The notes beneath the pieces were generated by a model. The model ran no database searches and was not told where the DNA came from. It saw only the letters and a program-made list of their open reading frames with translations. Shown in pieces: positions 34,492 through 47,781 of a stretch of DNA of 64,000 nucleotides (its first letter is position 1; every line of letters starts with the position of its first letter). Origin of the DNA: Dehalococcoidia bacterium (lineage in GTDB: Bacteria; Chloroflexota; Dehalococcoidia; SM23-28-2; RBG-16-64-32); contig DAOUMV010000025.1 of NCBI GenBank assembly GCA_034408935.1, positions 30,281-94,280 on the forward strand. The letters run 5' to 3'. The position numbers and the translations under genes are program-made.

Positions 34492-35856
34492 CTACTGCGT
34501 AAGCGAGCTGGCCAGCACACCGGCCGCCAAAAGTAGCCCGTAGACCATCGATAGCTGCGCCGTCTGCTGCGGTAGCAGAGCGATGGCTGGCCGCAGTTGC
34601 TCCTTTCGTACCCTCACCGGCTGCAGCGCTTTCCAGGCCAGGGGTATGGTGACGATGGGCAAGAGCATCCAGGGCGATACTGCCGCTCCGAAGCCTGCGA
34701 CGAAAGCGTAAGGGGCCAGCACCAGGGCAGCGTAGACCCAGCGCGACAGGTCGTCGCCCAGGAGCTGGGCCAGCGTCAGGGCGCCGCTGCGACGGTCGGC
34801 CTGAACGTCGCGCAGGTTGTTGGCGTGCAGGATGGCGTCGACGATGAGCCCCAGCGGCACCGCGAACAGCAACGGCAGCAGGTCCATCTCTTCTGTCTGT
34901 ACCATGTACGCCCCGAGGACCAACAGCGGCCCGAAGGCGGCGAAGATGCCCAGATCTCCCAGCGCCCTGTACTTGTAGCCCAGCGGGTCCGCTGTGTAGA
35001 ACAACCCTAGGGCCAGGCCGATGCCGCCCAGGGCGAGAATGGCGAACCCGGCCTGCGAGACCAGGAACCCGCCGATCGCGCCGCCCACCGCGAAGGCCGC
35101 CAATCCTCCCATCACCACGTCCCTGGGTCGCAGGATGGCGTCCACCAGCGTCCGGTCATCTGCGTCGGCGGAGCTGTCCACGCCGCGTCGGAAGTCGAAA
35201 TACGTGTTGAACAGGTTGGCACCTATGTGGAACAGCAGCCCACCCACGAGCGTGAGCACGAATAGGCCGCCCCCGAACTCGCCCGCCCGGTGGGCCAGCG
35301 CTCCTCCCACCAGCATCGGTACGATGGACGCCGGGAACGACCATGGCCTCGTCGCCAGCAGCCACGCCTTGGGCCGGTCCAGGGGGCCCATCTCCTCCTT
35401 CGTCAGCCACTCCTCGCCCCGACGGTACAGGGTCACCCGAGGGAAGATCCCCGCTGTCATGTCGGACAGCGAGAGGCGCTCCGAGATGATGCGGACGATG
35501 GTCAGCCCGGGCACCGCCTCCACGAACCCCTCCAACTCTGGAACCTTCTGGGACATGCGAGCGAACAGCTCTCGATGCTCCGCTGGCGGGCCAACGACCG
35601 TCGCCAGCCCCGTCCCCTGCACGAACCGATCCGGAATCTGCCGGTTCATGGTGAAGGCCAGCCGCGGATTGCGCTTCAGGTTGACTATCGTCTGCGATGT
35701 GGCCTCTACCAGACAGAGGATGTCGAACCCATCCTCGACGAAGAACATCGTCGCGCACCAGGGGCTCGACTCCCCCTCGCTGGCCAGGTTCATGACCTGG
35801 TTTTCGGCCAGTACCTGAGCGATGCGTCTCTTCAGACCCTCCTTCTCTTGGGCCAT
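34492..35856 (-). CDS. menA: Fusion of a flavin-binding split-barrel (PNPOx-like) domain and a MenA/UbiA prenyltransferase
   Basis: C-terminal ATRPWSFPAS, NTYFDFRRGVD, NNLRDVQADRRSG and multiple TMs; N-terminal 150 aa with a MNLAS...PW...NL..NPR.A split-barrel pattern. Confidence 0.8.
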   Translation of the reverse strand: MAQEKEGLKRRIAQVLAENQVMNLASEGESSPWCATMFFVEDGFDILCLVEATSQTIVNLKRNPRLAFTMNRQIPDRFVQGTGLATVVGPPAEHRELFARMSQKVPELEGFVEAVPGLTIVRIISERLSLSDMTAGIFPRVTLYRRGEEWLTKEEMGPLDRPKAWLLATRPWSFPASIVPMLVGGALAHRAGEFGGGLFVLTLVGGLLFHIGANLFNTYFDFRRGVDSSADADDRTLVDAILRPRDVVMGGLAAFAVGGAIGGFLVSQAGFAILALGGIGLALGLFYTADPLGYKYRALGDLGIFAAFGPLLVLGAYMVQTEEMDLLPLLFAVPLGLIVDAILHANNLRDVQADRRSGALTLAQLLGDDLSRWVYAALVLAPYAFVAGFGAAVSPWMLLPIVTIPLAWKALQPVRVRKEQLRPAIALLPQQTAQLSMVYGLLLAAGVLASSLTQ

Positions 35857-35873
35857 ACGTCCCTCCTCTTAGG

Positions 35874-36995
35874 CTATCGCTCGTCCGGCAGCTTGGGCGC
35901 GCGGCTCATCACCCGCGCCTTTCCCTCCTCGATGACTATCATGTCCTCGATGCGCACGCCACCCCAACCGCTAATGTATATCCCTGGCTCGATGGTGGCT
36001 ACCATCCCGTCCTTGATCTCGTCTTTCGATGTCTTGGCCAGTCGTGGCGACTCATGGACTAGCAGCCCGACGCCGTGGCCCAGGCCGTGCCCGAAGTTCT
36101 CGCCGTAGCCCGCTTCGGCGATGGCGCTGTGGGCCAGCATATGTGCCTCCTCCCCACTCATGCCCGCCTTCACCAGCTCCTCCGCCGCCAGTTGGGCCGT
36201 CAGCACGATGTCGTAGATCTCGCGCAAACGGCCGTCTCTCTCCTCGCCCACCACTATAGTGCGGGCGAGGTCGGAGCAGTAGCCGCCTACCCGTACGCCC
36301 ATGTCGATGATTACGGGCTCGCCCGCGCGGATGGGGTGGTCGCGGGGCTGGGCGTGCGGCATCGCCCCCCACGGACCCGACGCCACGATCGTCTCGAACG
36401 AGAGGCCGTCGGCCTCGTGCTCACGGGCGTACTTCTCGATCTCCCAGGCCGCCTGGCGCTCCGTCCACCCCGGCTCGATGCGCTCAGTGACAGCTTGGAA
36501 CACCTCGTCGCCCAGGTCCACCGCCCGCTGGATGGCGGCGATCTCCTCCGGCTCCTTGATGGCCCGCAGCTCCTCCACCAGCGGCGGTGCCGCCAGCAGC
36601 TTCGGCCGCTCCCGCGGCTGTATCTTCTCCAACGCCTTCTTCATCTCTTGGTAGGCGCTCACGGTAGCGCCTGTCGGCTCAAAGCCGATGCGCTTCCCCA
36701 TCAGCCCCGCCTCTCCCACCAGGCCGCCGAACCAGCTCCGTAGGCCGTCTTCGGTGCGGAACAGGATGAACTCGGGCGCCTCTCGCTCCGCCTGCTCGAC
36801 ATAGCGAAAGTCTACGGCGATGTAGGCGGAATCGCTGGTGATGAGGAGCCAGCCCGTGGAGCCGCTGAAGCCGGACAGGTAGCGTCGGTTGGCCGCATGG
36901 GTGTGGAAGGTGTCCTCCACCGGGGCCCCCACAAGGAACCCGTCCAGCCCGACATCTGCCATCCTCTCCCTCAGCCGCTGCAATCGTGCGCTCAT
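35874..36995 (-). CDS. Xaa-Pro peptidase (M24 family)
   Basis: [47 protein letters not shown]. Confidence 0.93.
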   Translation of the reverse strand: MSARLQRLRERMADVGLDGFLVGAPVEDTFHTHAANRRYLSGFSGSTGWLLITSDSAYIAVDFRYVEQAEREAPEFILFRTEDGLRSWFGGLVGEAGLMGKRIGFEPTGATVSAYQEMKKALEKIQPRERPKLLAAPPLVEELRAIKEPEEIAAIQRAVDLGDEVFQAVTERIEPGWTERQAAWEIEKYAREHEADGLSFETIVASGPWGAMPHAQPRDHPIRAGEPVIIDMGVRVGGYCSDLARTIVVGEERDGRLREIYDIVLTAQLAAEELVKAGMSGEEAHMLAHSAIAEAGYGENFGHGLGHGVGLLVHESPRLAKTSKDEIKDGMVATIEPGIYISGWGGVRIEDMIVIEEGKARVMSRAPKLPDER

Positions 36996-37435
36996 GCGCT
37001 TCGCTCTTTCAAGATGCCGACCAGCGACTCCAGCGCCGCCAGGTAGCCCCGCCAGCCCAGTCCGCTCACCTGGCCTACTGCCAGATCGGCGAGGACGGAG
37101 TGGTGCCGGAACTCCTCCCGTGCATAGATGTTGGAGATGTGCACCTCCACGAATGGCAGCTTGGACGCCGCCAGGGCATCGCGCAGGGCCAGGCTGTAGT
37201 GCGTCAGGGCACCGGGGTTGATCAGGGCTCCGTCGGCGCCTTCCGCCTGATCTTGTAGGAAGCCAATGATTCCCCCCTCGCTGTTCGACTGGAAGGCGCT
37301 GATCTCCGCCCCTAGCTCGGCGGCGCGCCGGCGCACCCTCTCTTCGATCTGCGACAGGGTGACGGAGCCGTAGACGTCGGGCTCCCTCTGGCCCAGGGCG
37401 TTCAGGTTAGGGCCGTTGATCAGCAGTATGCGCAC
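36992..37435 (-). CDS. aroQ: Type II 3-dehydroquinate dehydratase
   Basis: [45 protein letters not shown]; start set at GTG (VRILLI). Confidence 0.96.
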   Translation of the reverse strand: MRILLINGPNLNALGQREPDVYGSVTLSQIEERVRRRAAELGAEISAFQSNSEGGIIGFLQDQAEGADGALINPGALTHYSLALRDALAASKLPFVEVHISNIYAREEFRHHSVLADLAVGQVSGLGWRGYLAALESLVGILKERSA

Positions 37436-37524
37436 GCCGCTTATACCCGTCCGTCCCAAGCAATGGAGCAAAGAGAATATCGGCGCGGAATGCGGACAGT
37501 CGCTTGCTCCATTGCTCCTTTGCT

Positions 37525-38436
37525 CTATTGCTTCTCTCTTGCCTTCAGCCGTACTTGATTATAGAATGCTCGCTCATATGCGCGCCTCTGCTGCTCCTCC
37601 GTCACGTGCGTGTATATCTGCGTCGTGTTGGCGCTGGCGTGTCCCAGCAGCTCCTGCACCACCCGCAGCTCGGCGCCTCCGTCCAGCAGGTGGGTAGCGA
37701 AGGAGTGCCGCAGCAGGTGAGGAAACACCCGCTGGTCCAGGCCGGCCTTGAGCGCGTGGCTGCGCACGATCTTCTGGATGGAGCGGCCGGAGAGCCGCCG
37801 CCCGTCTCGGTTCACGAAGAGCGCCGTCTCCCCCGCCCGGCTGAGCTTGTGTCGACCCTCTCGCAGGTAGCGCCGCAGCGCCTCCGCCGCTGGCCGGCCG
37901 ATGACCACGACCCGTTCCTTGTTCCCCTTGCCACGCACGCGCACGAGCTGTTCGCGCAGATCTACCCCGGCGGCGTCCAGTGCCACCACCTCGGCCAGGC
38001 GTAGCCCCGCCGCGTACATCAGCTCCAGGATGGCGCGGTCGCGCAGCCCCTGGGGCGCATCGGAGTCGGCCACCTCGATGATCGCCGTGAGCTGCTCTTT
38101 CCCCAGAACCTCCGGCAGGCGCCGCTCTCGCTTGGGGCTGCTCACGCCAAGGAGAGGGTCGCGCTGCAGAATGCCCTCCCGCGTCAGGAAGCGGTAGAAG
38201 GTGTGGATGGTGCTCACCTTGCGTCCGACGCTGGCCGGTGCCGTCCCGATCTCCCGCAGGTGGGCCAGGTAGCGTCGGAACGCCTGCCGGTCGACCTCCA
38301 GAGGGCCGACATCCTCCTCGGCTTCCAGATAGCGCCCGAAGTCGCTCAGGTCGGCGCGATAGTTCCTGAGGGTGTAGGAGGAGAGGTTGCGCTCCGCTGT
38401 CAGGTAGCGGAGGTAGACCTCAATGAGCTCTTTCAT
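37525..38436 (-). CDS. xerC: Chromosomal tyrosine recombinase XerC/XerD
   Basis: [48 protein letters not shown]; dprA-topA-xer synteny. Confidence 0.88.
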   Translation of the reverse strand: MKELIEVYLRYLTAERNLSSYTLRNYRADLSDFGRYLEAEEDVGPLEVDRQAFRRYLAHLREIGTAPASVGRKVSTIHTFYRFLTREGILQRDPLLGVSSPKRERRLPEVLGKEQLTAIIEVADSDAPQGLRDRAILELMYAAGLRLAEVVALDAAGVDLREQLVRVRGKGNKERVVVIGRPAAEALRRYLREGRHKLSRAGETALFVNRDGRRLSGRSIQKIVRSHALKAGLDQRVFPHLLRHSFATHLLDGGAELRVVQELLGHASANTTQIYTHVTEEQQRRAYERAFYNQVRLKAREKQ

Positions 38437-40745
38437 CAGGCTATGGTGGGTGCCGGCTCCTCCTCCGTCACCTCACCCCGCCAGTTGCAGGAGGAGCAGC
38501 GTGCCCTGGGCTTGCCGTCCTCTTCCTGCCGCTCGGTCGTGAGCAGGCCGCCACACTGAGGGCAGGCCTGGGCCAGCGGCCTGCTCCACACGACGAAGTC
38601 GCACTTCGGGTAGTTGGCGCACCCGTAGAAGACGCGCCCCTTGCGTGAGCGCCTCTCCACGAGGTCGCCGCCGCAGCGCGGGCAGCTAACCCCTACCTTC
38701 GTCAGCAGCGGCCGGCGGCCCTTGCACTCCGGGTAGCGTGTGCAGGCCAAGAACTGACCGAAGCGGCCCGTGCGGATGACCATCTGCGCCCCGCACTCGT
38801 CGCACTTCTCGTCCGTCGGCTCCGGCTGGGGCTCCTCCTCGCCCTCTAGGGGGCGGCTGCTGCGACACTCGGGGAAGCCGGAGCAAGCAAGGAAGCGGCC
38901 CCGTCGTCCCCAGCGCACCACCATCGGACGTCCGCACTTATCGCACTTCTCCTCGGTCATCTGTCGCTGCGGCGTCGCTTCCTTGGCGGCGTCGAGGGCG
39001 CGTTCCAGGGGGCGGTAGAACTGCTCCACCACGGGCTCCCAGGACCGCTCCCCGCTGGCGATCTCGTCCAGTTCCTCCTCCATCTCCGCTGTGAAGCCTT
39101 CGTCCACGAACTCCGGGAAGTGCTCCACCAGCAGGTCGTTCACCACGAAGCCAAGGTCCGTGGGGCGCAGGTAGCGACCGTCCTTCGTTGCGTAGTCTCG
39201 CTCCTGGATGGTCGCCATCGTCGGCGCGTAGGTGCTGGGCCGGCCGATCCCCTTCTCCTCCAGCGTCCTCACCAGGCTCGCCTCCGTGTACCGCGGCGGC
39301 GGTTCCGTGAAGCGCTGCTCTGGAAGCAGCTCCAGCAGGGCCAACGCATCGTTTGCGGTCAGGTCAGGGAGTGGGTTCTTGCCCTCGTCCTCCTCCTCGC
39401 CGTTGTCCCTGCTCTCCTGGTAGAGCTGGCGGTAGCCCGAGAACCGGAGCTGCGTGTTGACGGCGCGCAAGAGAAGGGCGTTGGGCTCGTTTTCGGAAGC
39501 GGCCTCGATCTCCACCGTCGTCTGGTCGAAACGGGCATCGGCCATCTGGCTGGCCAGGAACCGCTGCCAGATGAGGGCGTACAGCCGGTATTGATCGCTT
39601 TTCAGGTGGCGACGGATCGTCTCGGGCTCACGTGTCACGGAGGTCGGGCGGATCGCCTCGTGCGCCTCCTGGGCTCCCTTTACCTTCTTGCGATACTCCC
39701 GTGGAGACGGCGGGATGAACTCCTGGCCGAACTTGTCGGTGATGTAGCCGCGGGCCTCCGTTCGCGCCGTCTCCGTCACCTGGGTGGAGTCCGTGCGCAT
39801 ATAGGTGATGAGGCCCACTTCACCCTCCGGGCCCGACGACAAGCCCTCGTAGAGCTGCTGAGCGACGGCCATCGTGCGTTTGGGGGAGAACCCCAGCCGT
39901 CGGGAGGCTTCCTGCTGTAGGGTGCTGGTGATGAACGGCGGCGCTGGTCGACGGGACTGCACCTTCTGCTGGACGGTGAGCACCCGGTAGGCGGCCGCCT
40001 TGAGCAGGGCGATCAGCCGCTCCGCCTCTATCTGGCTCCCGATCTCGAGTTTGCCCTTCTTGTCTCCCGCGTAACCCGCGAGCTTGGCCCTGAAGCTGGG
40101 CGGGACGTTCTCCTTCTCCAGCACCGCCTCGATGGTCCAGTATTCCTGGGGAACGAAGTTCTGGATTTCCCGCTCGCGCTCCACCACCAGGCGCACCGCC
40201 ACCGATTGCACCCGGCCCGCGGATAGGCCCCGCCTGACTTGCCGCCAGAGGAAGGGGCTCAGCCGGTAGCCCACAAGGCGGTCGAGGACGCGGCGAGCCT
40301 GCTGGGCGTCCACTAACTGCATATCGATGTCGCGGGGGTGGTCGAAAGCCTCACGCACTGCCTCGGGCGTGATCGCGTGGAACACGACGCGGTGGTGAGG
40401 CGTGGTCTCCAGGTCGGCGGCCTTTATCAGGTGCCAGGCGATGGCCTCGCCCTCGCGGTCCGGGTCGGTGGCCAGGTAGACGGCGGGGGCGCGACCAGCC
40501 GCTTCCCGGATATCCTTGACGGCTTTGCGTTTCTCGACAGGAACGACGTACTTGGGGGCGAACCCCTTCTCCACATCGACGCCGAGCTCCCTCTTCGGCA
40601 GGTCCCGCACGTGGCCCACGGAAGCCCGCACCGCATATTCGCGGCCCAGTATGCCGGATATCGTCCGCGCCTTCGCTGGCGACTCCACTACCACCAGGGC
40701 CTGGCCTGAGCTTGTCGAAGGTCTCTTGTCTTTTCCCTTCCTCAC
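38436..40745 (-). CDS. topA: DNA topoisomerase I
   Basis: VESPAKA, ATDPDREGE, SAGRVQS, ITYMRTDS, GIGRPSTY, C-terminal Zn ribbons. Confidence 0.97.
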   Translation of the reverse strand: MRKGKDKRPSTSSGQALVVVESPAKARTISGILGREYAVRASVGHVRDLPKRELGVDVEKGFAPKYVVPVEKRKAVKDIREAAGRAPAVYLATDPDREGEAIAWHLIKAADLETTPHHRVVFHAITPEAVREAFDHPRDIDMQLVDAQQARRVLDRLVGYRLSPFLWRQVRRGLSAGRVQSVAVRLVVEREREIQNFVPQEYWTIEAVLEKENVPPSFRAKLAGYAGDKKGKLEIGSQIEAERLIALLKAAAYRVLTVQQKVQSRRPAPPFITSTLQQEASRRLGFSPKRTMAVAQQLYEGLSSGPEGEVGLITYMRTDSTQVTETARTEARGYITDKFGQEFIPPSPREYRKKVKGAQEAHEAIRPTSVTREPETIRRHLKSDQYRLYALIWQRFLASQMADARFDQTTVEIEAASENEPNALLLRAVNTQLRFSGYRQLYQESRDNGEEEDEGKNPLPDLTANDALALLELLPEQRFTEPPPRYTEASLVRTLEEKGIGRPSTYAPTMATIQERDYATKDGRYLRPTDLGFVVNDLLVEHFPEFVDEGFTAEMEEELDEIASGERSWEPVVEQFYRPLERALDAAKEATPQRQMTEEKCDKCGRPMVVRWGRRGRFLACSGFPECRSSRPLEGEEEPQPEPTDEKCDECGAQMVIRTGRFGQFLACTRYPECKGRRPLLTKVGVSCPRCGGDLVERRSRKGRVFYGCANYPKCDFVVWSRPLAQACPQCGGLLTTERQEEDGKPRARCSSCNWRGEVTEEEPAPTIA
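40705..40721 (-). repeat. REP-like motif CCTTCGACAAGCTCAGG within the topA 5' coding region
   Basis: Encodes PSTSSG ahead of the TOPRIM start; matches a widespread short repeat remembered from other genomes. Confidence 0.5.
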
Positions 40746-40747
40746 CC

Positions 40748-41866
40748 TCAGCTCCCTCCGTAGCTGGCCTGGGTCTCCCTGGCCCGCACGTAGGACATCG
40801 GTCCCATTTGACGGACCAGCCCCTTCAATTCCAGCATCGCTAGGACGCTACTCACCGTGGCTATGGGGAGGCCGCTGTTCCGGCACACCTCATCGATATG
40901 CGCTGGCTCCCTGCTTATATGACGCAGCAACGCAGCCTCCGTATCAGTGGCTGCGATGGTTTCTTTCATCTCTATCTGCTGGGGCACCATCGTCAGGTTC
41001 AGCTCCTCCAGCACGTCCTCTACCCTCTGTACGAGCTTGGCGCCCTCCTTGATCAGAGAGTTGGCACCGCGGCTCTGCACCGAGAAGACACTCCCCGGCA
41101 CCGCGAACACCTCCCGGTTCTGCTCCAGGGCGAGGCGGGCCGTGATCATCGCCCCGCTCGTGATGTCGCCCTCGACCACGAGGACGCCGAGGCTGAGGCC
41201 GGACATGATGCGGTTGCGCCGGGGGAAGTACTCGCCCCGGGGCCGCGTGCCCAGCGGGTAGTCGCTCACCAGCGCCCCCCGCTCCGTCACCTCCACGGCC
41301 AGGCGGGCGTGCTCCGGCGGGTACACGATGTCGAGGCCGCAGGCCAGTACCGCCATCGTGCGGCCGCCCGTGTCCAGCGCCGCCCGGTGCGTGATGGAGT
41401 CGATTCCTCGTGCCAGCCCGCTCACCAGGCAGATCCCGCTCTGGGCCAGCCCGTAGCTGAGCTCCTCTGCTGCCTGCCTCCCGTATGGCGTCGGTCGGCG
41501 GGTGCCCACCACGGCCACGCACCATTCGTCGGTCGCCGTCAACTGGCCCCGCACGTAGAGGACCGGCGGCAGATCGTATATCTCTTTCAGCCGCGCCGGG
41601 TAGGCCGGATCGTGCCACGTCAGGGCCGTAACCTTGTGCTTGGCCAGCCGCTCTATCTCGGCATCAGGCGAGATACCGGCCCGCTCCGAGACGATGCGCG
41701 ATACGAGCCTGCCGTCCAGCCCTGCCACCTTGAGTTCCGAGGCGCCAGCATGCCACGCTTCCTCCATGGTCGGGAAATGGCTTTCCAGGAGGGAGTAGCG
41801 GACACGGCCCAGCCCCGCGATGCGGTTGAGGGCGATCCAGTACTTAAGTTCGTCCGGCGCTGTCAT
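40748..41866 (-). CDS. dprA: DNA-processing protein A
   Basis: YPARLKEIYDLPPVLY, VVGTR, SGLARGID, FPRRNRIMSG, SGAMITA, C-terminal winged helix. Confidence 0.96.
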   Translation of the reverse strand: MTAPDELKYWIALNRIAGLGRVRYSLLESHFPTMEEAWHAGASELKVAGLDGRLVSRIVSERAGISPDAEIERLAKHKVTALTWHDPAYPARLKEIYDLPPVLYVRGQLTATDEWCVAVVGTRRPTPYGRQAAEELSYGLAQSGICLVSGLARGIDSITHRAALDTGGRTMAVLACGLDIVYPPEHARLAVEVTERGALVSDYPLGTRPRGEYFPRRNRIMSGLSLGVLVVEGDITSGAMITARLALEQNREVFAVPGSVFSVQSRGANSLIKEGAKLVQRVEDVLEELNLTMVPQQIEMKETIAATDTEAALLRHISREPAHIDEVCRNSGLPIATVSSVLAMLELKGLVRQMGPMSYVRARETQASYGGS

Positions 41867-41921
41867 GAGCGTCAGGCCATTCTAGCACAGCCCTGACCGT
41901 GCGCCAAAACGGGGGCGCCCT

Positions 41922-43205
41922 CTAGGCCGTCTTGCCTTCGCTCTCCCGCTCCTCCGCGGCCCCGTCTACCTTGGTGACGCGCACCTTCTTGATGCGCCGC
42001 CCCATCACCGTCAGCACCCTCATCACCAGACCGTCCACCTGCACCTCGTCACCCACGCTCGGCATGCGTCCCAGGCTGGTGACGATGAAGCCCCCCACGC
42101 TATCGAAGTCCTCTTTCTCGATGCCCAGGTCGAACATTTCGTTCAAGTCATCGATGCCCACCCGCGCGTCCACGATCGCCTCGGTGGGCGTGACGAGCTG
42201 CACCTCCTGCTCCTGCGTGTCGAACTCGTCCTCGATCTCGCCCACGATCTCCTCTACCAGGTCTTCCACCGTCACCAGACCGGCCGTGCCTCCGTACTCG
42301 TCCACCACGATGGCGATGGACACCCGCTGCTGCCGCATCTCCGTCAACAGATCGTCCACCTTCTTGCTCTCGGGTACGAAGTAGCCCGGTCTGGCCAGCT
42401 CACGAATGCTCATAGGGCAGGTGCCCCGCGCCAGGTGCTTGAGCGCCTCCTTGGCATGCACCACCCCAACGATGTTGTCTACCGTGTCCTCGTACACCGG
42501 TAGCCGGCTGTAGCCCTTCTCCACCATCAGCTGTGTCACTTCCGCGAATCCATCCTCCACGTTGGCGGCAACGACATCGATGCGGGGCACCATCACCTCC
42601 CTCACGGCGGTCTGCTCCATCTCGACGATGCCGCGGATCATCTGTCTCTCCGCTTCGTCGATGCCCCCCTCGGCCTCCTCGCTCTGCACTAGGCGAGCCA
42701 GTTCCTCGGCATCCGACGCAGCCTGCGGGTGCCGCTTCCGCCGCCAGTTCAGGAAAGCCTCCGCTGGTAAGTCCGTGAGTCGCGCCGGTCCCCCGAAAAG
42801 CACGCGAAGCACTTCCACAAACGGCTCCAGGAACCGTCGCCAGCGCTCCGGGTTCTGCGAGACCAGCAGTGCGGGCACAGATCGGAGTAACATAAGGGCG
42901 GCCAGCGTGGCCAGGGCGGCGATGGCCACGGCGCCCCAGCTATGGCCGCTCTCTTCCAGAACCAGCGCCACCGTGATGGCAGTGATGCCTATCAGGGTGA
43001 GATTACGGGCTAGGGCCAACGCCGAGAGGGTGACATGTCGTTCCTGGGTGAACCGTCGCAGGGCCTCGAGGCGCGAAGTGGGCGGCGCGCTCAGTGCGCG
43101 CGCGCGTACGCCGGCGACCACGCCCGCCTCCGCGGCCACCACGAACAGAAAGGCGATGACGGCCAGGGCCAGCAGGCCAACCCCGGCCCAGCTATCGCTA
43201 TCCAC
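41922..43205 (-). CDS. Hemolysin/CNNM (HlyC/CorC) family protein with CBS domains
   Basis: N-terminal TMs; [45 protein letters not shown]; CorC_HlyC tail. Confidence 0.92.
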   Translation of the reverse strand: MDSDSWAGVGLLALAVIAFLFVVAAEAGVVAGVRARALSAPPTSRLEALRRFTQERHVTLSALALARNLTLIGITAITVALVLEESGHSWGAVAIAALATLAALMLLRSVPALLVSQNPERWRRFLEPFVEVLRVLFGGPARLTDLPAEAFLNWRRKRHPQAASDAEELARLVQSEEAEGGIDEAERQMIRGIVEMEQTAVREVMVPRIDVVAANVEDGFAEVTQLMVEKGYSRLPVYEDTVDNIVGVVHAKEALKHLARGTCPMSIRELARPGYFVPESKKVDDLLTEMRQQRVSIAIVVDEYGGTAGLVTVEDLVEEIVGEIEDEFDTQEQEVQLVTPTEAIVDARVGIDDLNEMFDLGIEKEDFDSVGGFIVTSLGRMPSVGDEVQVDGLVMRVLTVMGRRIKKVRVTKVDGAAEERESEGKTA

Positions 43206-43911
43206 TCTGCTTTCGCACCCGCCTTCTCGTCCGCCCCCGCAGGGAGCGCGCCGGCATTCCCACTACCGTCGCCCCGTCCGGCACGTCCTTCGTCACGACG
43301 GAGCCAGCACCCGTCCTGGCGCCTCTGCCCAGCCGCACCGGCGCCACCAGCATAGTATCGCTGCCCACGAAGGCGCGGTCACCGATGATCGTCACGTTCT
43401 TGCTCTCGCCGTCGTAGTTGCACGTCACCGTGCCGGCGCCGATGTTCACCTCTTCCCCCACCTCGGCGTCGCCCACATAGCTGAAGTGCCCCACCTTGGT
43501 GCCCTGCCCCAGGCGTGAAGCCTTGACTTCAACGAAGTTGCCGACGTGCACGTCGGCCTCCAGATGGCTGCCCGCCCGCAGGTGGCTGAACGGGCCCACG
43601 TCCACCCTTGACTCCAGCACCGCCTGCTCCACCAACGAGGCCACCACCGCGCAGTCGTCGCCGATGTGCGAGTCCGTGATGACGGCATTCGGCCCGATAG
43701 TGCAGCGGGCGCCGATGACGCTGCTCCCGGCGATCGTCGTGTTGGGCCTGATCTCCGTGCCCGGGCCGACCTCCACCCCTGGCTCCACGTACGTTGTCGC
43801 CGGGTCGGTGATGCTCACTCCGGCCTCGAGCAGCCGCACGCAGGACAGGAGTCTCTGATGCGCTTGGGCTCGGAGCGCCTCCAGAGTATCGCCGGTGGCC
43901 GTCTCGGCCAC
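43198..43911 (-). CDS. GlmU C-terminal acetyltransferase (left-handed beta-helix) domain only
   Basis: [58 protein letters not shown]; no N-terminal uridyltransferase domain. Confidence 0.85.
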   Translation of the reverse strand: MAETATGDTLEALRAQAHQRLLSCVRLLEAGVSITDPATTYVEPGVEVGPGTEIRPNTTIAGSSVIGARCTIGPNAVITDSHIGDDCAVVASLVEQAVLESRVDVGPFSHLRAGSHLEADVHVGNFVEVKASRLGQGTKVGHFSYVGDAEVGEEVNIGAGTVTCNYDGESKNVTIIGDRAFVGSDTMLVAPVRLGRGARTGAGSVVTKDVPDGATVVGMPARSLRGRTRRRVRKQSG

Positions 43912-44246
43912 GACTATAGCCTCCCGCCGGCGCCCCGCCTTGCGCGGGCCGGCTGTTCGCGCTTCATCTTCAACCTAGTCTACTGGGGGAATGATGAGGA
44001 CACCGTTCATACGGTGAGACGTGAAAGAGCCGCCGTTTGTTGGCGAGCAAGGGAAGATAACGAGGCAGGAGCTGCGGCTACTATCTGGAGGGTCGTCGCT
44101 ACTCAACGTCGTAATCAGCCCGTTTCTCGATGACTATTTCGTGAAACTATCCTATCGGGGAAGCCGGTAGACTGTCAAGCGATGGGCGGTTGTTGAACAG
44201 GACCACACCCTGAAGCCTGCCTGCCGCTGGGCCTAGCCGCCCGCGC

Positions 44247-44265
44247 CCTGTCCGCCATTGGCGGA
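44247..44265. repeat. REP-like palindrome in the alaS promoter region
   Basis: CCTGTCCGCC-ATT-GGCGGA, same as 8487-8505 except the 3-nt loop; TATAAT follows at 44271-44276. Confidence 0.6.
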
Positions 44266-44315
44266 TACGCTATAATTCCCTCGAACCTGCCAGGTTTGAC
44301 GCGTACACTACGGGT

Positions 44316-47330
<3,015 letters not shown>

Positions 47331-47331
47331 A

Positions 47332-47778
47332 ATGACGCCGCAATCCCGCAGCGGACGCATCCTGGCCATAGACCCCGGCGAAAAGCGCATCGGCGTGGCG
47401 ACTGCCGACCTCCGCACCCGCGTGGCGGTCCCCTTGACCACCATCGAGGCCGGAGCCGACCCCGTGGAGGCCGTGGCCCGCGTCGCCGAGGGGGAGAGCG
47501 CCGAAGCCATCGTTGTCGGCCTGGCCCTCTCCCTCAGCGGTGCCCTGGGCCCCCAGGCGCAGGGTGCCCAGTCCTTGGCCGACGCCCTCGCCCGGCGCCT
47601 CGATATCCCTGTCCACACCTGGGACGAGCGCCTCACCTCCGCTGAGGCCCAGCACCGCCTGCCCCGCGATAGACGGGGCTCTCGCGGAAAGCGCCGCCGC
47701 GGCGACGTGGACGCCCTGGCGGCGGCCATCATCCTCCAGGCCTACCTCGATAGTCAGCGCGGGCCGGCCGGCGGATAG
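47332..47778 (+). CDS. ruvX: Holliday junction resolvase-like / pre-16S rRNA nuclease YqgF
   Basis: LAIDPGEKRIGVA, WDERLTS, VDALAAAIILQAYLD. Confidence 0.92.
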   Translation: MTPQSRSGRILAIDPGEKRIGVATADLRTRVAVPLTTIEAGADPVEAVARVAEGESAEAIVVGLALSLSGALGPQAQGAQSLADALARRLDIPVHTWDERLTSAEAQHRLPRDRRGSRGKRRRGDVDALAAAIILQAYLDSQRGPAGG

Positions 47779-47781
47779 AAC

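Noticed and set aside
37525-38436. XerC as the integron integrase for the 24-27 kb array
   Set aside because: It sits in housekeeping dprA-topA-xer synteny more than 10 kb away, and I see no IntI-specific insertion or attI/attC (GTTRRRY) sites. Action in trans is not excluded but has no support.
44200-44315. T-box leaders for alaS (or for pheS at 63520-63609)
   Set aside because: Leaders are too short and have no T-box consensus; TATAAT lies close to the start
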